IMG/VR virus record: IMGVR_UViG_3300009506_000035
Coordinates: 1 to 58,440 of that record
From: a virus
Lineage: Duplodnaviria > Caudoviricetes
Strand: one strand, 5' to 3'
Length of the DNA stretch: 58,440 nucleotides
The notes under the pieces were generated by a model. That model did not search any database. It was given only the letters and a program-made list of their open reading frames with translations, and was not told the DNA's origin. How positions within the stretch are numbered: the first letter of the stretch is position 1; each line of letters starts with the position of its first letter. Of this stretch, positions 18,400-28,659 are shown piece by piece. Both the position numbers and the translations under genes were made by a program.

Positions 18400-21321
18400 T
18401 CACCATCCGAGCACGGTTGTCGTCCCGAGGACCCCGTACGTCGCGTCTCCGAGTATCCACGGCTGGAATGTTGCCCCGGCAGATGCCGAGCCGATGGGCG
18501 AAACGTAGAGGGTTGTGGTCCACTCCCCGGCCTTTATGTTGATGTTGTCGTGGGTGACCTGTTCGACAAAAAACTCGCCCGAGACGGTCAGTCCGGCGCC
18601 TTGGTTGGCGGCTGTCGCGCGCCGTACGACAGTAATGCGCATGCCGATCAACAGTGACAATGCCACACGCCATAGGCTGAGGTTGCCGGCCGGGTTGAGC
18701 GTGATCGCTGCTATACGCAGCAACGCCTGCTTGTGTGTGTTGAAGATCCAGTTTGCCTCATCCTGTGCTTGGCTATTACTGGAAAGGTCAACACTGGCCT
18801 GGTAGGACCGCGGAAAGTAGCGGCGAGCGGCTGCGGCAATGTCGTCTTGTGTGCCGCCGACCGCGATGCCGAAGTTGTTGCGGGTGATGCGCACGTCAGA
18901 GTAGACAAACTGCGGGTCAAGGTCCATCGCGATGTCACCAACGTACGGGATTTCGCCATTGGCAACGTCTTCACCGAGCGTATAGGAGGACGTCAATCGA
19001 AGAAACCGGGCGTTGCGGTCTTCAAAAACAAACACGCCGTCCGGTGCCATCCATATGGTGCCCTGCTCGACAACCGCAGTGTCTTGGCAGTCGGTGAGCA
19101 GATTGATCGTACCTGTCCATGTCGGTTCCTGAAGCGTTGACTGGCCCGTAGAAATCCGAGTCAACCCGGTGTAACCACCGCGAGTCAGGTGCCGTGTGAC
19201 GCGCGTTCCCGTCGTTTCGCCGCTATAGCCCGTGTTCCCGGCGTTCCACAGATCGGCAACCTCGGCTGACGAGAGTTGTCGATTCCACAACCCCACATGC
19301 GCGATGATGCCGTCGCATCCGCTGAATGCGTAGCCGCCGATGATGTCACCGCCGACGATGAAGGTTGTGGGCACTGTGGATGGCAGGCCGCCGAGCGACG
19401 CTGTGGTGGCCGTTCCGTTGTAGGTTGTGCCGTCTACGCATATGCGCGCTTCGGTGTCGCCACCGTCCACTTGGTACAGGCTGCTGACCAGCAGGTGGGG
19501 GCTTCCATCGAAGATGTTCGTTCCATAGACGGATGTAGTGACAGTCAGTGTGTAACCAGCATAGTTGTACTCGACGAACGGGCTGCCGCTCGCGTCGACG
19601 TAAATGTCGAGCGTCAAAATATCAGTGCCAATGTAGCGGTAAAGTCGCGCGACGCATTGCGTGTTGCCTGTCGACGTTAGCGTCACCCATGCTGAGATGG
19701 ACAGTCCCCAGTCGTCGACAATGGCCGGGGGAAAAGCAAACCCGGGCACGTCGGTGCCCACGCCGCAGCCGATGACCGTGATTGCGTCATAAATGCCGCC
19801 CGCGCCTGGAGTGAAGGTAATTCCTGTGCCGCCCGGGTCACCTGTGATCGTCATTGTCGCGCCGGGAGCTGGTAGTGTGCCCGTGCCGTATTTGCTGGAG
19901 ACGTTCACCAGCGTCGTGTTGGTGACTTGCGCGACGGCGGGTAGGTAGACGGTCGAGTCGGTGCCATCCGCCAGTGGCCAGTAGTAGTCGGGATCGGTGT
20001 AAAGGATCGCCTCTCGGCATTCGGTTTGCAGTGTGATGGCGTTGATGGCGGCGAATCCGTCTACGCACGGGACCTGTGTGTACCCCTCGAATCCTGCTCC
20101 GGCGTACTGGCGGGGCCATCGTTCGGCGTAGTTGCGCATGACGGGGTACACAACGGCACCGGTCGTTGCGAATGCACTCGCTGACGCCGCCTGCTCTAAT
20201 TGGACATTGTCCATGCCAGTCATGGACGGTACGACGGTTCGGTATTCCGGCACGAGGACCGCGAAAGTGTGTGATGGTTGTGTTGCGGTGAAAGTGATCG
20301 ACAGTCTTGTCCAGGCTAGTGGCAGGTTAGCCACTGTCGAGTCGATTTGTGTTGCCGTGTAGACAAGGTAGCTCTTGAACGGTGTGGCGAATGGAAGGGT
20401 GTTTGTGTTGCCCACGTTGAGGAAGCTCATTGTGCCGATGGCGCCTGGTGTTACCAGGTCTGTCGACGTGTCTGTGTAGGTCACTTGCCATGTGAGGGAC
20501 GGCTCTGGTGTTCCAGCTAGCCACATTCGGGCGGTTAGGGTTGTTCCCGTTCGGCCTTGGTCGTCCGCTCCGGACGTCTCGAATCGCAGGCTGTATTCAG
20601 TGTTTGCGGTGTGGGTGAATGCGGTGGTGGTCGTGGCGAGTGTGGTTACCGATCCGGCCACGCGGCTCTGAATGGTCAGATCCACCGTCTGGTCAGTATT
20701 GAAGTATATGAGTGCCCGATAGTAGTTGTTGGTATCTATATAGCGCGACAGCAGTCCAACTCGGATCTCCGAGCCTGACGCCACCTCCGGCGTGGACACA
20801 GTGACCACCTGAGACGCGTTCATCAACTGTGCCCCGATGTAGGTGTACCGGGCCGCATTAATGGTGGTGTGGGTAACAACCCCCGTACCACCCGTCGACG
20901 CCGAGACAGTCGAGTACTCGCTGGCTCCAACACCGCCCGCTACCGACCACGCGCCACCCGCACCAGCGGTACCCCATCCGTTGCTGGTGTCACGCTGGAA
21001 CGTGTCGCCCAACGTCATATCTGTAATTGCCGCCTGCAGGGGATTGTTCAACCCCTGGACCACGTAAGCGCTCGCGGTGTACTCCTGGCCGGGCACACAT
21101 GGCACAACAACACCAGCGCCCTGTGAGTCTGGCACCGATGTGGCGGTGCCCCAACGCAACAGTTGGTTCGGGTCGCCACCTGCAGTGTGGTAGTGCCCTG
21201 CGGGGAAAAACGCTGATGCGGCAACATAGGCGCCTGCGGCGCTCGTGGACAGTGGTGGGCTAAACGCGCCTGGCCTGAACACCTCGCCTAGAAGTCGCTC
21301 GTAGCCCGCTACCTCAGCCAT
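18400..21321 (-). CDS. Large minor tail protein with CBM/LamG-like domains
   Basis: PGQEYTASAYV, VQLEQAASAS, YYWPLAD, GIIAHVGLWNRQLS (LamG); C-terminal WILGD..YGVLG..TVLGW. Confidence 0.8.
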   Translation of the reverse strand: MAEVAGYERLLGEVFRPGAFSPPLSTSAAGAYVAASAFFPAGHYHTAGGDPNQLLRWGTATSVPDSQGAGVVVPCVPGQEYTASAYVVQGLNNPLQAAITDMTLGDTFQRDTSNGWGTAGAGGAWSVAGGVGASEYSTVSASTGGTGVVTHTTINAARYTYIGAQLMNASQVVTVSTPEVASGSEIRVGLLSRYIDTNNYYRALIYFNTDQTVDLTIQSRVAGSVTTLATTTTAFTHTANTEYSLRFETSGADDQGRTGTTLTARMWLAGTPEPSLTWQVTYTDTSTDLVTPGAIGTMSFLNVGNTNTLPFATPFKSYLVYTATQIDSTVANLPLAWTRLSITFTATQPSHTFAVLVPEYRTVVPSMTGMDNVQLEQAASASAFATTGAVVYPVMRNYAERWPRQYAGAGFEGYTQVPCVDGFAAINAITLQTECREAILYTDPDYYWPLADGTDSTVYLPAVAQVTNTTLVNVSSKYGTGTLPAPGATMTITGDPGGTGITFTPGAGGIYDAITVIGCGVGTDVPGFAFPPAIVDDWGLSISAWVTLTSTGNTQCVARLYRYIGTDILTLDIYVDASGSPFVEYNYAGYTLTVTTSVYGTNIFDGSPHLLVSSLYQVDGGDTEARICVDGTTYNGTATTASLGGLPSTVPTTFIVGGDIIGGYAFSGCDGIIAHVGLWNRQLSSAEVADLWNAGNTGYSGETTGTRVTRHLTRGGYTGLTRISTGQSTLQEPTWTGTINLLTDCQDTAVVEQGTIWMAPDGVFVFEDRNARFLRLTSSYTLGEDVANGEIPYVGDIAMDLDPQFVYSDVRITRNNFGIAVGGTQDDIAAAARRYFPRSYQASVDLSSNSQAQDEANWIFNTHKQALLRIAAITLNPAGNLSLWRVALSLLIGMRITVVRRATAANQGAGLTVSGEFFVEQVTHDNINIKAGEWTTTLYVSPIGSASAGATFQPWILGDATYGVLGTTTVLGW

Positions 21322-21324
21322 GGC

Positions 21325-22137
21325 CTACGTCTGCGCGTAGGTGATGTCAGCAACCACGACCCCACCAGCTGTGCCAGACAGGCTGTACACCATCCACGGC
21401 ACCGAACTGTTGTACATGATCGGAAGGCCGATCTCGCTCCACCCCTGACGCTGAGTCACATTCGCCGTCGGCACCGGCACGACCGCAATGGGCCGGTAAC
21501 ACACGAGACTGATCGCCCCCGACACGAGCGATGTGCCGAGTGTGATCGAATCCACCGACTGGACACCGACGTCACCCGCGGCGAGCGTGAAAGGCAAGAA
21601 AGTCCCCGCAACGGCCGCCGTGGGGATGCTGGCCAGTGTTGCTGTCTGCGCCGCGGTGCCGAGCGTGTCGGTGTAGCTCACAGTGCAGGTGGTCACTGGC
21701 GCCGCAGTGCCGAGAACGGTGGTGATCTCCATGGCCAGCAGGACCCCGTCGCCTGTCGCGGCACCGTTCATGTCTCGCGATGGGAGTCCGGGAAAAGTGA
21801 TCGCCTGCGCGGTGGTGGTGGTGACCACCACGCCGGAGTTGTGCCAAAGTCTATCCATCAGGTACACACCACCGACGTTGGCCGCCTGGGTGGCATTCAT
21901 GCCAGCTAGGTAGATCGTGGTGGTGCCTGATGTTGCGGGAAACGGGATCTGGCCCGCGTAGGAGGTCAACGCGGCACCGTTGATGCCTGGTGTCGGTGCC
22001 GCTGCGGCACCGGGCAGCCCAGCAATGTAGAGGCTGGAGTGCAATTGGCCTGCCGCCTGCCCCGTGAATGATGTTTTCAGCAACGGCTGCGGCGGAAGCA
22101 GGGACGTGACGAGATCATTGTAGCCCGTTACGGCCAT
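21325..22137 (-). CDS. Putative virion structural protein
   Basis: T/A/G-rich; LMDRLWHNSG and LAAGD.GV motifs; GGAGG RBS. Confidence 0.65.
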   Translation of the reverse strand: MAVTGYNDLVTSLLPPQPLLKTSFTGQAAGQLHSSLYIAGLPGAAAAPTPGINGAALTSYAGQIPFPATSGTTTIYLAGMNATQAANVGGVYLMDRLWHNSGVVVTTTTAQAITFPGLPSRDMNGAATGDGVLLAMEITTVLGTAAPVTTCTVSYTDTLGTAAQTATLASIPTAAVAGTFLPFTLAAGDVGVQSVDSITLGTSLVSGAISLVCYRPIAVVPVPTANVTQRQGWSEIGLPIMYNSSVPWMVYSLSGTAGGVVVADITYAQT

Positions 22138-22154
22138 GTGTGGCGCCTCCTCCG

Positions 22155-22607
22155 TTAGGTGCGAGCGTCGGCAACGATGGGGGTGTTGTCGGGGTACCCG
22201 ACGGTAGCTGTCCAGTCTGGTGAGGGCACGGCCGCCGTTGTGTAGCGTTCGAATGTGGGGTCATAGTTCAGCCGCCACCCGTCGGCGTTGAGTAGGTTCC
22301 CGGACACCGTGTTGATCAAATTGGTGGGGTCCCACACGCCCTGCCAAAGGATCTCACGGTAGGGTCGCACGTCAGGCGCATACGGACTGGACCCGTTGGC
22401 AGAGTTGAAGTACTCGTCAACATCCCGGATCGTCACCGTTGGCTGGGCTGCTTGCGTCTGCGCCAGCTCGTACTGCCGTCCGCGGGCGATCGCGGATGCA
22501 GCCATCACGTGCTCGGTGATGACGGTCCATATCGGTGCGGCGAATGTGTCGTTCGGGTCGGCGTTAAATGCCACCTGAATGATCCAGTCCGGGCGGTTGG
22601 CTGGCAT
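22155..22607 (-). CDS. Minor tail (Dit/Tal N-terminal-like) protein
   Basis: RGRQYEL..N..SPYAP.VRPYR motif; directly after TMP. Confidence 0.65.
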   Translation of the reverse strand: MPANRPDWIIQVAFNADPNDTFAAPIWTVITEHVMAASAIARGRQYELAQTQAAQPTVTIRDVDEYFNSANGSSPYAPDVRPYREILWQGVWDPTNLINTVSGNLLNADGWRLNYDPTFERYTTAAVPSPDWTATVGYPDNTPIVADART

Positions 22608-25405
22608 CAGGACAGCCCGGTTGTCCCGGTACGGGTCTTGTACCTTTGCGCGACCGGCACTAGTTGTGCATGGATAATGGCCATTTGGGCGCCTCCGAGG
22701 TTGACCTGGATTGGCACGTACTCGACTCCTCCGCCCGCGCCGCCCATCGCATATGCGCCACCGCGCCCGCCGACACCTACGGTGCCAGCACCGGTAACCC
22801 CGGACAGCATCCGTGATGCTGCTACGACGGCGTGCTGGGAGTTCCGGTCAATGCCCTGCACTAGACCAGCTACGATGTCTGCACCGTGCGCGGCGAACAC
22901 GCGCGACGGTGACGAGATGCCGACCGCGCTCTTGAATCCATGGACTATGTCGCTACCCAAGGATTTGATGAACCCTACAGCGTGGTCTTTTACGTTCTTG
23001 AATCCCTGGATCAGTCCGTGGATGACGTTTTCGCCAGCGTGCACAAGCCATGTCTTCGCGTCGCCTGCTAGGCCTTTGACTTTGCTGACGAGTTTGCCCA
23101 GTTCGACGCCGGCACGGTGTGGTAGCGAAGTGATGAATCCGATCACTGCCGCCACGCCGTCGGAGAAGTTCTTTTTTGCCGTGTGCCACATGTCGGCGAC
23201 AACGTTGGTCGCGTTGGTTCTGGCTGTTGCGAACGAGTTGGCCACCCAGTGCCAGAGTCCTTTGAGGATCGCTACGACTCCGTTCCACATTGAGGTGAGG
23301 ATGTTCCACACCTGTCCGGGGAGCACGAGCAATTCTCCGATCCACCACCCGATGCCCCTGAAAATCAGGTGTGTTACGCCTGTGATGGCGTTGAGGAAGG
23401 TAGTCCACAGCAGGTGCGGCAGTGCTTTGATGCCGTCAAGGATGCGGCCAGGTAACGCTTTGACCCACCCGACGATGGTGTCGAATCCGCTACCGATTGT
23501 GTGCCATAGGTCAACGAAAAAACCGCCGACGGCTTTCCATGTGTCGGCCGAGTCCAGGAGCCGTAACAGCCAGCCGACCAGTTCGGCGATTGGAGTGATG
23601 ACCAGGACTATGACGTCGGCCAGCACTGTCAGAATCGGTGTCATCGACTCGATGATCGGTGTCAAAATCTTGATCACTGGAGTGAGGATGTCAGCCAACA
23701 ACTTGATCAACGGGACAAGCACAGGCATCAGCGCGGCAAAGATCTGCCCGACTAGGCCAACGATCGGAATTAGTGGAGGCAAATATGCCGTCGCGAGTTG
23801 CACAACGACAGGTAGCAGCTGCTCAAAGACAGGCATTAGCGCTGTCAGTGCCTGCACCAGGACATCGCTGATGACCTGCGCGACGGCGGCTAGTATTGGC
23901 GCCAGCACCTGAATCACTGTCACAAGTTGCCCCGCAATGATGTCAATCACTGGGGCGAGTGCTGCGACGAGTGGGGTGATCGCGTCAACGATCGCATTGA
24001 AAACCGGTATCAACGGCGGAAGTAGAGACGTGACCAGATTCAGGACAGATCCGATCAGCGGTGCCAACGCCGTGACAAGCTTGCCGACGACCGGCAGTAA
24101 CAAACTGATCGCGGTGCCGAACACGCTTGCAAGCTGGCCCAGTACTTGGAAAATGGCTGTGAATGCTTGCATTCCTTCGGCCGACTTCGCAAAACCCGCC
24201 AGCGAATGGACTAACTCGCCGATCGGCCCGAGCGCGCTGCCGCTGGCTGCACCCATGGCCTGGACCAAGGACACGACAATCGATCCAAGGTCTTTGAACA
24301 GCGCGCCGAGCTTGGACAGTGCTTCGAGTCCCGTCGATATCCACTGTTCGAGTTGGCCAGACCCAGCAACGCGCGCCATAAACGCGGAGAACCTGTTAGC
24401 CAGTCCAGTAAATCCCGCGCCGAGTCCTGGCAGGAATTTCGAGCCGACCTCGACGAGGTCGTTGAACCCTGACATGAGCGCCACCAACGCACCGGACGCG
24501 TTCGCGATCCCCTTGCCCATATTGGACAGTGACGTAGTGATGCTGTTGAGCGTGTCAGGTACCCGTAGCCAGCCCGTAAGTCCGCGCAGGGTCGCATTGA
24601 GTCCATCGGCGACACCGCCGAGTTGGGTGCGCAGCATCGGCAGGTAGGAGCTGCCCAGTGCTTTGATGTCGCCTGCAAATCCGGCGAAAAATCGTTGTTG
24701 TACCTCCATGCGCACACCAGTTAACGCCGGTTTCAGGCCGACCATCGCCTTGACGGCTTCTTGCGCCGACGGGGCCAGCTTTTTGAGCGCTTCAGCGAAT
24801 TTCGCTGGATCGCCCGCATTTTTTAACGCTTCGCCAACACCGGTAAACGCTACCTTGAGTGTCCCAAGCGCAACGACAGCCGAGGATATGGCCGCAGGGA
24901 TGAGCGACCCGAGCGCTACGGCAGCAGAACTTACTAGTGGCACCAGCGGAGCCAACGCACCGATCGCGCCAGCGATCAGGCTAGGCATCGAGACGAGCAT
25001 CGTGATGCCGCCGCCCGCGACTTTGCCGACCCCGGACAGGCCGCCGCCGATGCTGGACGCGATAGAGCCGGCGTGTGCGCCGATGCTGCGTAGAATGCCC
25101 CTGACTAGGCTTTCGCCAGCATGCTCTCCGGCAGCGACGAACCGGCCGCGCTCATCACGGAGGCGCCCCTCCACCGAATGGCCGACGCGGGACGTTTCAC
25201 GGTCGGTTACGTCGACAAGTCCACGCACCAGCGACTGGCCTGCACGTTGACCTTCGGTGTGCATCGTTGGCGCGACTGATGCCGTTGCGTTAGGTAGTGT
25301 CCGCGCCCACGCCTCAATTGCTAGATTGGCTTCCGTCAGACCTTTGATCAAGTCGCCGATGGATGCCTGTAGTGGGAGTATGACGGGAGGCAAGAAGTCA
25401 CTCAC
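22607..25405 (-). CDS. Tape measure protein
   Basis: 932 aa, Ala/Gly/Leu-rich amphipathic repeats, ISSPSRVF motif, after TAC. Confidence 0.92.
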   Translation of the reverse strand: MSDFLPPVILPLQASIGDLIKGLTEANLAIEAWARTLPNATASVAPTMHTEGQRAGQSLVRGLVDVTDRETSRVGHSVEGRLRDERGRFVAAGEHAGESLVRGILRSIGAHAGSIASSIGGGLSGVGKVAGGGITMLVSMPSLIAGAIGALAPLVPLVSSAAVALGSLIPAAISSAVVALGTLKVAFTGVGEALKNAGDPAKFAEALKKLAPSAQEAVKAMVGLKPALTGVRMEVQQRFFAGFAGDIKALGSSYLPMLRTQLGGVADGLNATLRGLTGWLRVPDTLNSITTSLSNMGKGIANASGALVALMSGFNDLVEVGSKFLPGLGAGFTGLANRFSAFMARVAGSGQLEQWISTGLEALSKLGALFKDLGSIVVSLVQAMGAASGSALGPIGELVHSLAGFAKSAEGMQAFTAIFQVLGQLASVFGTAISLLLPVVGKLVTALAPLIGSVLNLVTSLLPPLIPVFNAIVDAITPLVAALAPVIDIIAGQLVTVIQVLAPILAAVAQVISDVLVQALTALMPVFEQLLPVVVQLATAYLPPLIPIVGLVGQIFAALMPVLVPLIKLLADILTPVIKILTPIIESMTPILTVLADVIVLVITPIAELVGWLLRLLDSADTWKAVGGFFVDLWHTIGSGFDTIVGWVKALPGRILDGIKALPHLLWTTFLNAITGVTHLIFRGIGWWIGELLVLPGQVWNILTSMWNGVVAILKGLWHWVANSFATARTNATNVVADMWHTAKKNFSDGVAAVIGFITSLPHRAGVELGKLVSKVKGLAGDAKTWLVHAGENVIHGLIQGFKNVKDHAVGFIKSLGSDIVHGFKSAVGISSPSRVFAAHGADIVAGLVQGIDRNSQHAVVAASRMLSGVTGAGTVGVGGRGGAYAMGGAGGGVEYVPIQVNLGGAQMAIIHAQLVPVAQRYKTRTGTTGLS

Positions 25406-25421
25406 GTGCGCTCCTCACTGG

Positions 25422-25880
25422 CTACTTGGGGCGGGTGGCGCGACGCATGGCTTCCCGAAATCGGATCTCAGTCCCCGGTTTCACGATCTGCCACGCAGGG
25501 GCTAGGTATGGCCGTGGTGGCAGGTAGGACGCGTGATTACGGCCAGCCAAACCTCCGCGTTCCTGGATGCGCGCGTAGACCTTGTCCGCTCCAACGTGGC
25601 CACGCCACGCCACGCCACGCCGGCCGAACGTCAGGCGCGGCTCGCCGACTCCCACTGACCTGCTCAGCGCGCCGCTGATCCGCCACGGAGGAGACGGCGG
25701 GACCGACCCCGTTGGCGTGCCGGGCGGGTGGTAGCCGAGCGACAGCATGACGCGCGTCTGCCGTGCGATCGCATGCAGTTCGTCCGACAGCTGCCGCCGC
25801 GCTGCAGTGACTACCCGCACCTGCATGAGTGCTAGTGCCGCCGTTACCTTCCCAACGCCCTCCGCGTGGATGCCGGCCAT
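25422..25880 (-). CDS. HK97 gp10-like tail component
   Basis: SGALSRS..VYARIQERGG..LPPRPYLAPA motifs. Confidence 0.7.
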   Translation of the reverse strand: MAGIHAEGVGKVTAALALMQVRVVTAARRQLSDELHAIARQTRVMLSLGYHPPGTPTGSVPPSPPWRISGALSRSVGVGEPRLTFGRRGVAWRGHVGADKVYARIQERGGLAGRNHASYLPPRPYLAPAWQIVKPGTEIRFREAMRRATRPK

Positions 25881-25883
25881 GTT

Positions 25884-26584
25884 CTATCCCATCGATCCTG
25901 TGCGCAGATTCCGTCCTGGTGATGCTGGCGACGATTGGGACTCGTTGTTGAGTGCTGTTACCACCTCTTCGATCGACAGAAGTCCCTGCATGATGAGACG
26001 CGACTCGCTGTCAACCACGGACGGCGGGAATCCGAAGAACTTGGCGGCGGGATAGTACTTGCCAAGCACTGTGTCCAGTAGGCGCTCGTAGCTTGATTCC
26101 GCGTCGCGGACACGACTGCGTCCCCCCAGCTGTGCTCTCAGTCGCTGGAGGGCACGGTAGGGGATCCGGGTTTTCCGGCCTGATCAGGTGATGGTGGCTG
26201 CGGGAATAGCAACTGTGCGGCTGGGCTGACGGCCGTGATGATGGTGTTGTAGTCGCGAAATCGGAGTTTCCCTAGGATCGCGCTGTCGGCCCGCGGAATT
26301 GGTACCTCCCCGGGAGGGTAGGCGGTGTCGCGGGGTGTGTAGGGTATATCCCATGCATTGATCATCATGCAGGCGACGCCGCAAACCAGATCCATGCTGG
26401 CCGCAACCTCGCGTTCAGTGATGGTTGCCATTTCGCCTTTGATGGACGCTACGACTTGACGGTGGTCGTCGCCCGTCAAATCCTCCGGGTCACAGAATTC
26501 GACACTTCCGCCGGATGGCAGGTCGATGTGTCGGACAAACTCAGCTTGTCCGGTGCTGGTGGTGTCGGGATCCTGTTCGTCCAT
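25884..26584 (-). CDS. Tail assembly chaperone, -1 frameshift-extended form
   Basis: GGAAAA at 26171-26176; the -1 frame is open from there into ORF 25884-26069. Confidence 0.7.
26138..26584 (-). CDS. Tail assembly chaperone (short form)
   Basis: Acidic ORF between the tail tube and TMP genes. Confidence 0.78.
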   Translation of the reverse strand: MDEQDPDTTSTGQAEFVRHIDLPSGGSVEFCDPEDLTGDDHRQVVASIKGEMATITEREVAASMDLVCGVACMMINAWDIPYTPRDTAYPPGEVPIPRADSAILGKLRFRDYNTIITAVSPAAQLLFPQPPSPDQAGKPGSPTVPSSD

Positions 26585-26610
26585 TGTGGTATCTCCCTAG
26601 TGTTGGTGCG

Positions 26611-27843
26611 TCAGTAGGACAGCGGCGCTACTGCGTTTTGAACGGTAACGACAACGGGACCGAAACCGCCTGAATAGCCAACGTTGGTGGTATTGGCGAC
26701 GGCGTCGAAATTCGCGGCATACTCAACGGCCGCTTTGCCTCGTGAGATTTTGCTGTCTCGGAACGCGGCTTGCAGAATGTCGATCTGGAGTGACAGCAGG
26801 TTTGCGCCACTGAGGCCATTCGAAATGATCATTTGAAGTTGGGGCTGAGTGTTGCTGTTCAGGTACGTCAGAAACGTCTCGTCGCTGACCACGGCGTTCA
26901 GCTTTCCGGATGCGGTGAGCTTGCCGCGCTGAATAAAATAGGGGTTTTGGCTGTTTTGTGCTGTATAGATCAGCTCCAATTCACGCTTAATGCTGACCTC
27001 AAAATCATTCACCGTCAAAATCTGCGCGGCACCAACCGTTCCAGCCAAACCGATTGTCGTCTCCCACGAGGGTTGCAACGTCACCGTCGACGGTGACGAC
27101 GTAAACGCCGCCGCAGACGCGGACGGCCAGCCGGAAACCTTCGCGGTGTAGTCAACACCAGTCGACTCAGTCGTACCCTTGATGGTCAACTCAGAGATGC
27201 AGCACCCCGGGTAGGCACGCGTCCCGGTCGATGCCGTCGGACCCTGATAGTCGGTGATAGTCATCGAGGACGGCTGTCCCGTGCCAGCGTTGTAGACCGC
27301 GAACGCCGACGAATACGGGTAAGTGATCGGCTGGACTGTTGCGCCAGTGAGGTGTGCGCTGGTGAGCCCGCCAGTAAATGACAGCGTGTACGGGCCGGCG
27401 CCAGCGATGCTCGTGATGGTGCGCACTTCCGAACCGGTGCCCGTGTCTATTTGCACCAGGATTGGCGCGGTTCCGGGCGATGCGACCGTATCCACTGATG
27501 TGGCGCCGATGGCGCTGTCCGATGACAGTGTCGTTGTGCCCGTGCCCGTGTAGGTGCCCGAGTAGACGATGTCGCCGAAAACGTTACTCAGCAGGTACGG
27601 GAAGGTGTCCAGGTAGGCGGGGCCGCTGAAGTCGGCCTCGGTATGTTTGACGCCCTGCACAACCCCGTACAGGTCGACCATGCTGCCCCGAAGCGACTTG
27701 TCGTCAATCCAGGTCGGTTGGTCGAATGGGTCGAACTTTTCAACTGGAACCGTGACGGCAGGCACCACTGCAGTGCCCTGCGTGGTCTCCACGGCAAAAC
27801 CCACGTACTGCCGCGGTGAGGCATAGGTGGTCGGATCGGGCAC
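26611..27843 (-). CDS. Major tail (tube) protein
   Basis: YVGFAVETTQGTAV N-terminus, YPGCCISELTI; position in the operon. Confidence 0.82.
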   Translation of the reverse strand: MPDPTTYASPRQYVGFAVETTQGTAVVPAVTVPVEKFDPFDQPTWIDDKSLRGSMVDLYGVVQGVKHTEADFSGPAYLDTFPYLLSNVFGDIVYSGTYTGTGTTTLSSDSAIGATSVDTVASPGTAPILVQIDTGTGSEVRTITSIAGAGPYTLSFTGGLTSAHLTGATVQPITYPYSSAFAVYNAGTGQPSSMTITDYQGPTASTGTRAYPGCCISELTIKGTTESTGVDYTAKVSGWPSASAAAFTSSPSTVTLQPSWETTIGLAGTVGAAQILTVNDFEVSIKRELELIYTAQNSQNPYFIQRGKLTASGKLNAVVSDETFLTYLNSNTQPQLQMIISNGLSGANLLSLQIDILQAAFRDSKISRGKAAVEYAANFDAVANTTNVGYSGGFGPVVVTVQNAVAPLSY

Positions 27844-27846
27844 AGG

Positions 27847-28134
27847 TCAGCCCTCCTGGTGCTCGGTGGCCGGTTCGGCGGCGGGTGGGATTGGTGGGGG
27901 GTCGTTGGTGTGGGGAAAAATCTGCTCTGTAGCCCGGTAGTTGTCAGGTTTGCGTGTTTCCGGGTCGGTGGTGGCGATCCAGCACCCATCGTCAGCTGGC
28001 ATCTCAGGCCACGTGATGACATCCCCGACGCGTACGGTCACAGGGATGTTGGCGTAGATCCGCTCGGGGATGTGGCCGACGTATCGCCAGCGCGTAGGTT
28101 TGTGCGGGGGTGGCTGGCTGGTTTTGGCGGCCAT
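27847..28134 (-). CDS. Small hypothetical protein (head-tail region)
   Basis: WRYVG..DG.W motif; AGGAG RBS. Confidence 0.6.
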   Translation of the reverse strand: MAAKTSQPPPHKPTRWRYVGHIPERIYANIPVTVRVGDVITWPEMPADDGCWIATTDPETRKPDNYRATEQIFPHTNDPPPIPPAAEPATEHQEG

Positions 28135-28146
28135 AACTCTCCTAGA

Positions 28147-28656
28147 TCAAGATTGGGTGATCTCGACAATGTCTACGGTCAGCAGCGCATCCTGGCGCAT
28201 GTACCGTTGGTCTGCGGTGGCACGAACGGGACCGTATTCCCAACTCATGTCTTCGCCGAGTTTTGCGATTTGAGACGCCTGCCCGGTGATCGGGTCATAA
28301 ACGTGCTGATCTCCATCGATCAACGGCGCATTACGCAGCCTTGCCATCACTGCGTCGATAACACCAGGAAATCGGATGTCCTGCTGCGCGTCCTCAGTGG
28401 ACACAAACCACACCAGCCACACGCTCAGCCTGTGCGTCAGCTCCTTGTCGCCGCCAGTCGTAAGATCCCCGAACTGCGCACGCGGCAACGTCAACCGCCG
28501 CTCAGCGCCATGCGACCCCCATACGTAAGCCGCCGGCGTCGGATCGTCGCGTGGGTTTGGTGGCGAAATGAACGCGTCGAGCCGACCCATCCCGAGCGGC
28601 AAGATCGTCCCATCGAGTTGGTCCCTGACGTACGCCTGCATCGTATTGATCGGCAT
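28147..28656 (-). CDS. Probable tail terminator
   Basis: Size and synteny only. Confidence 0.55.
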   Translation of the reverse strand: MPINTMQAYVRDQLDGTILPLGMGRLDAFISPPNPRDDPTPAAYVWGSHGAERRLTLPRAQFGDLTTGGDKELTHRLSVWLVWFVSTEDAQQDIRFPGVIDAVMARLRNAPLIDGDQHVYDPITGQASQIAKLGEDMSWEYGPVRATADQRYMRQDALLTVDIVEITQS

Positions 28657-28659
28657 GTG

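Noticed and set aside
22452-23912. Long plus-strand ORFs (486 aa here; also 27859-28878 and 37283-38278)
   Set aside because: Antisense shadows of real high-GC genes, with no motifs
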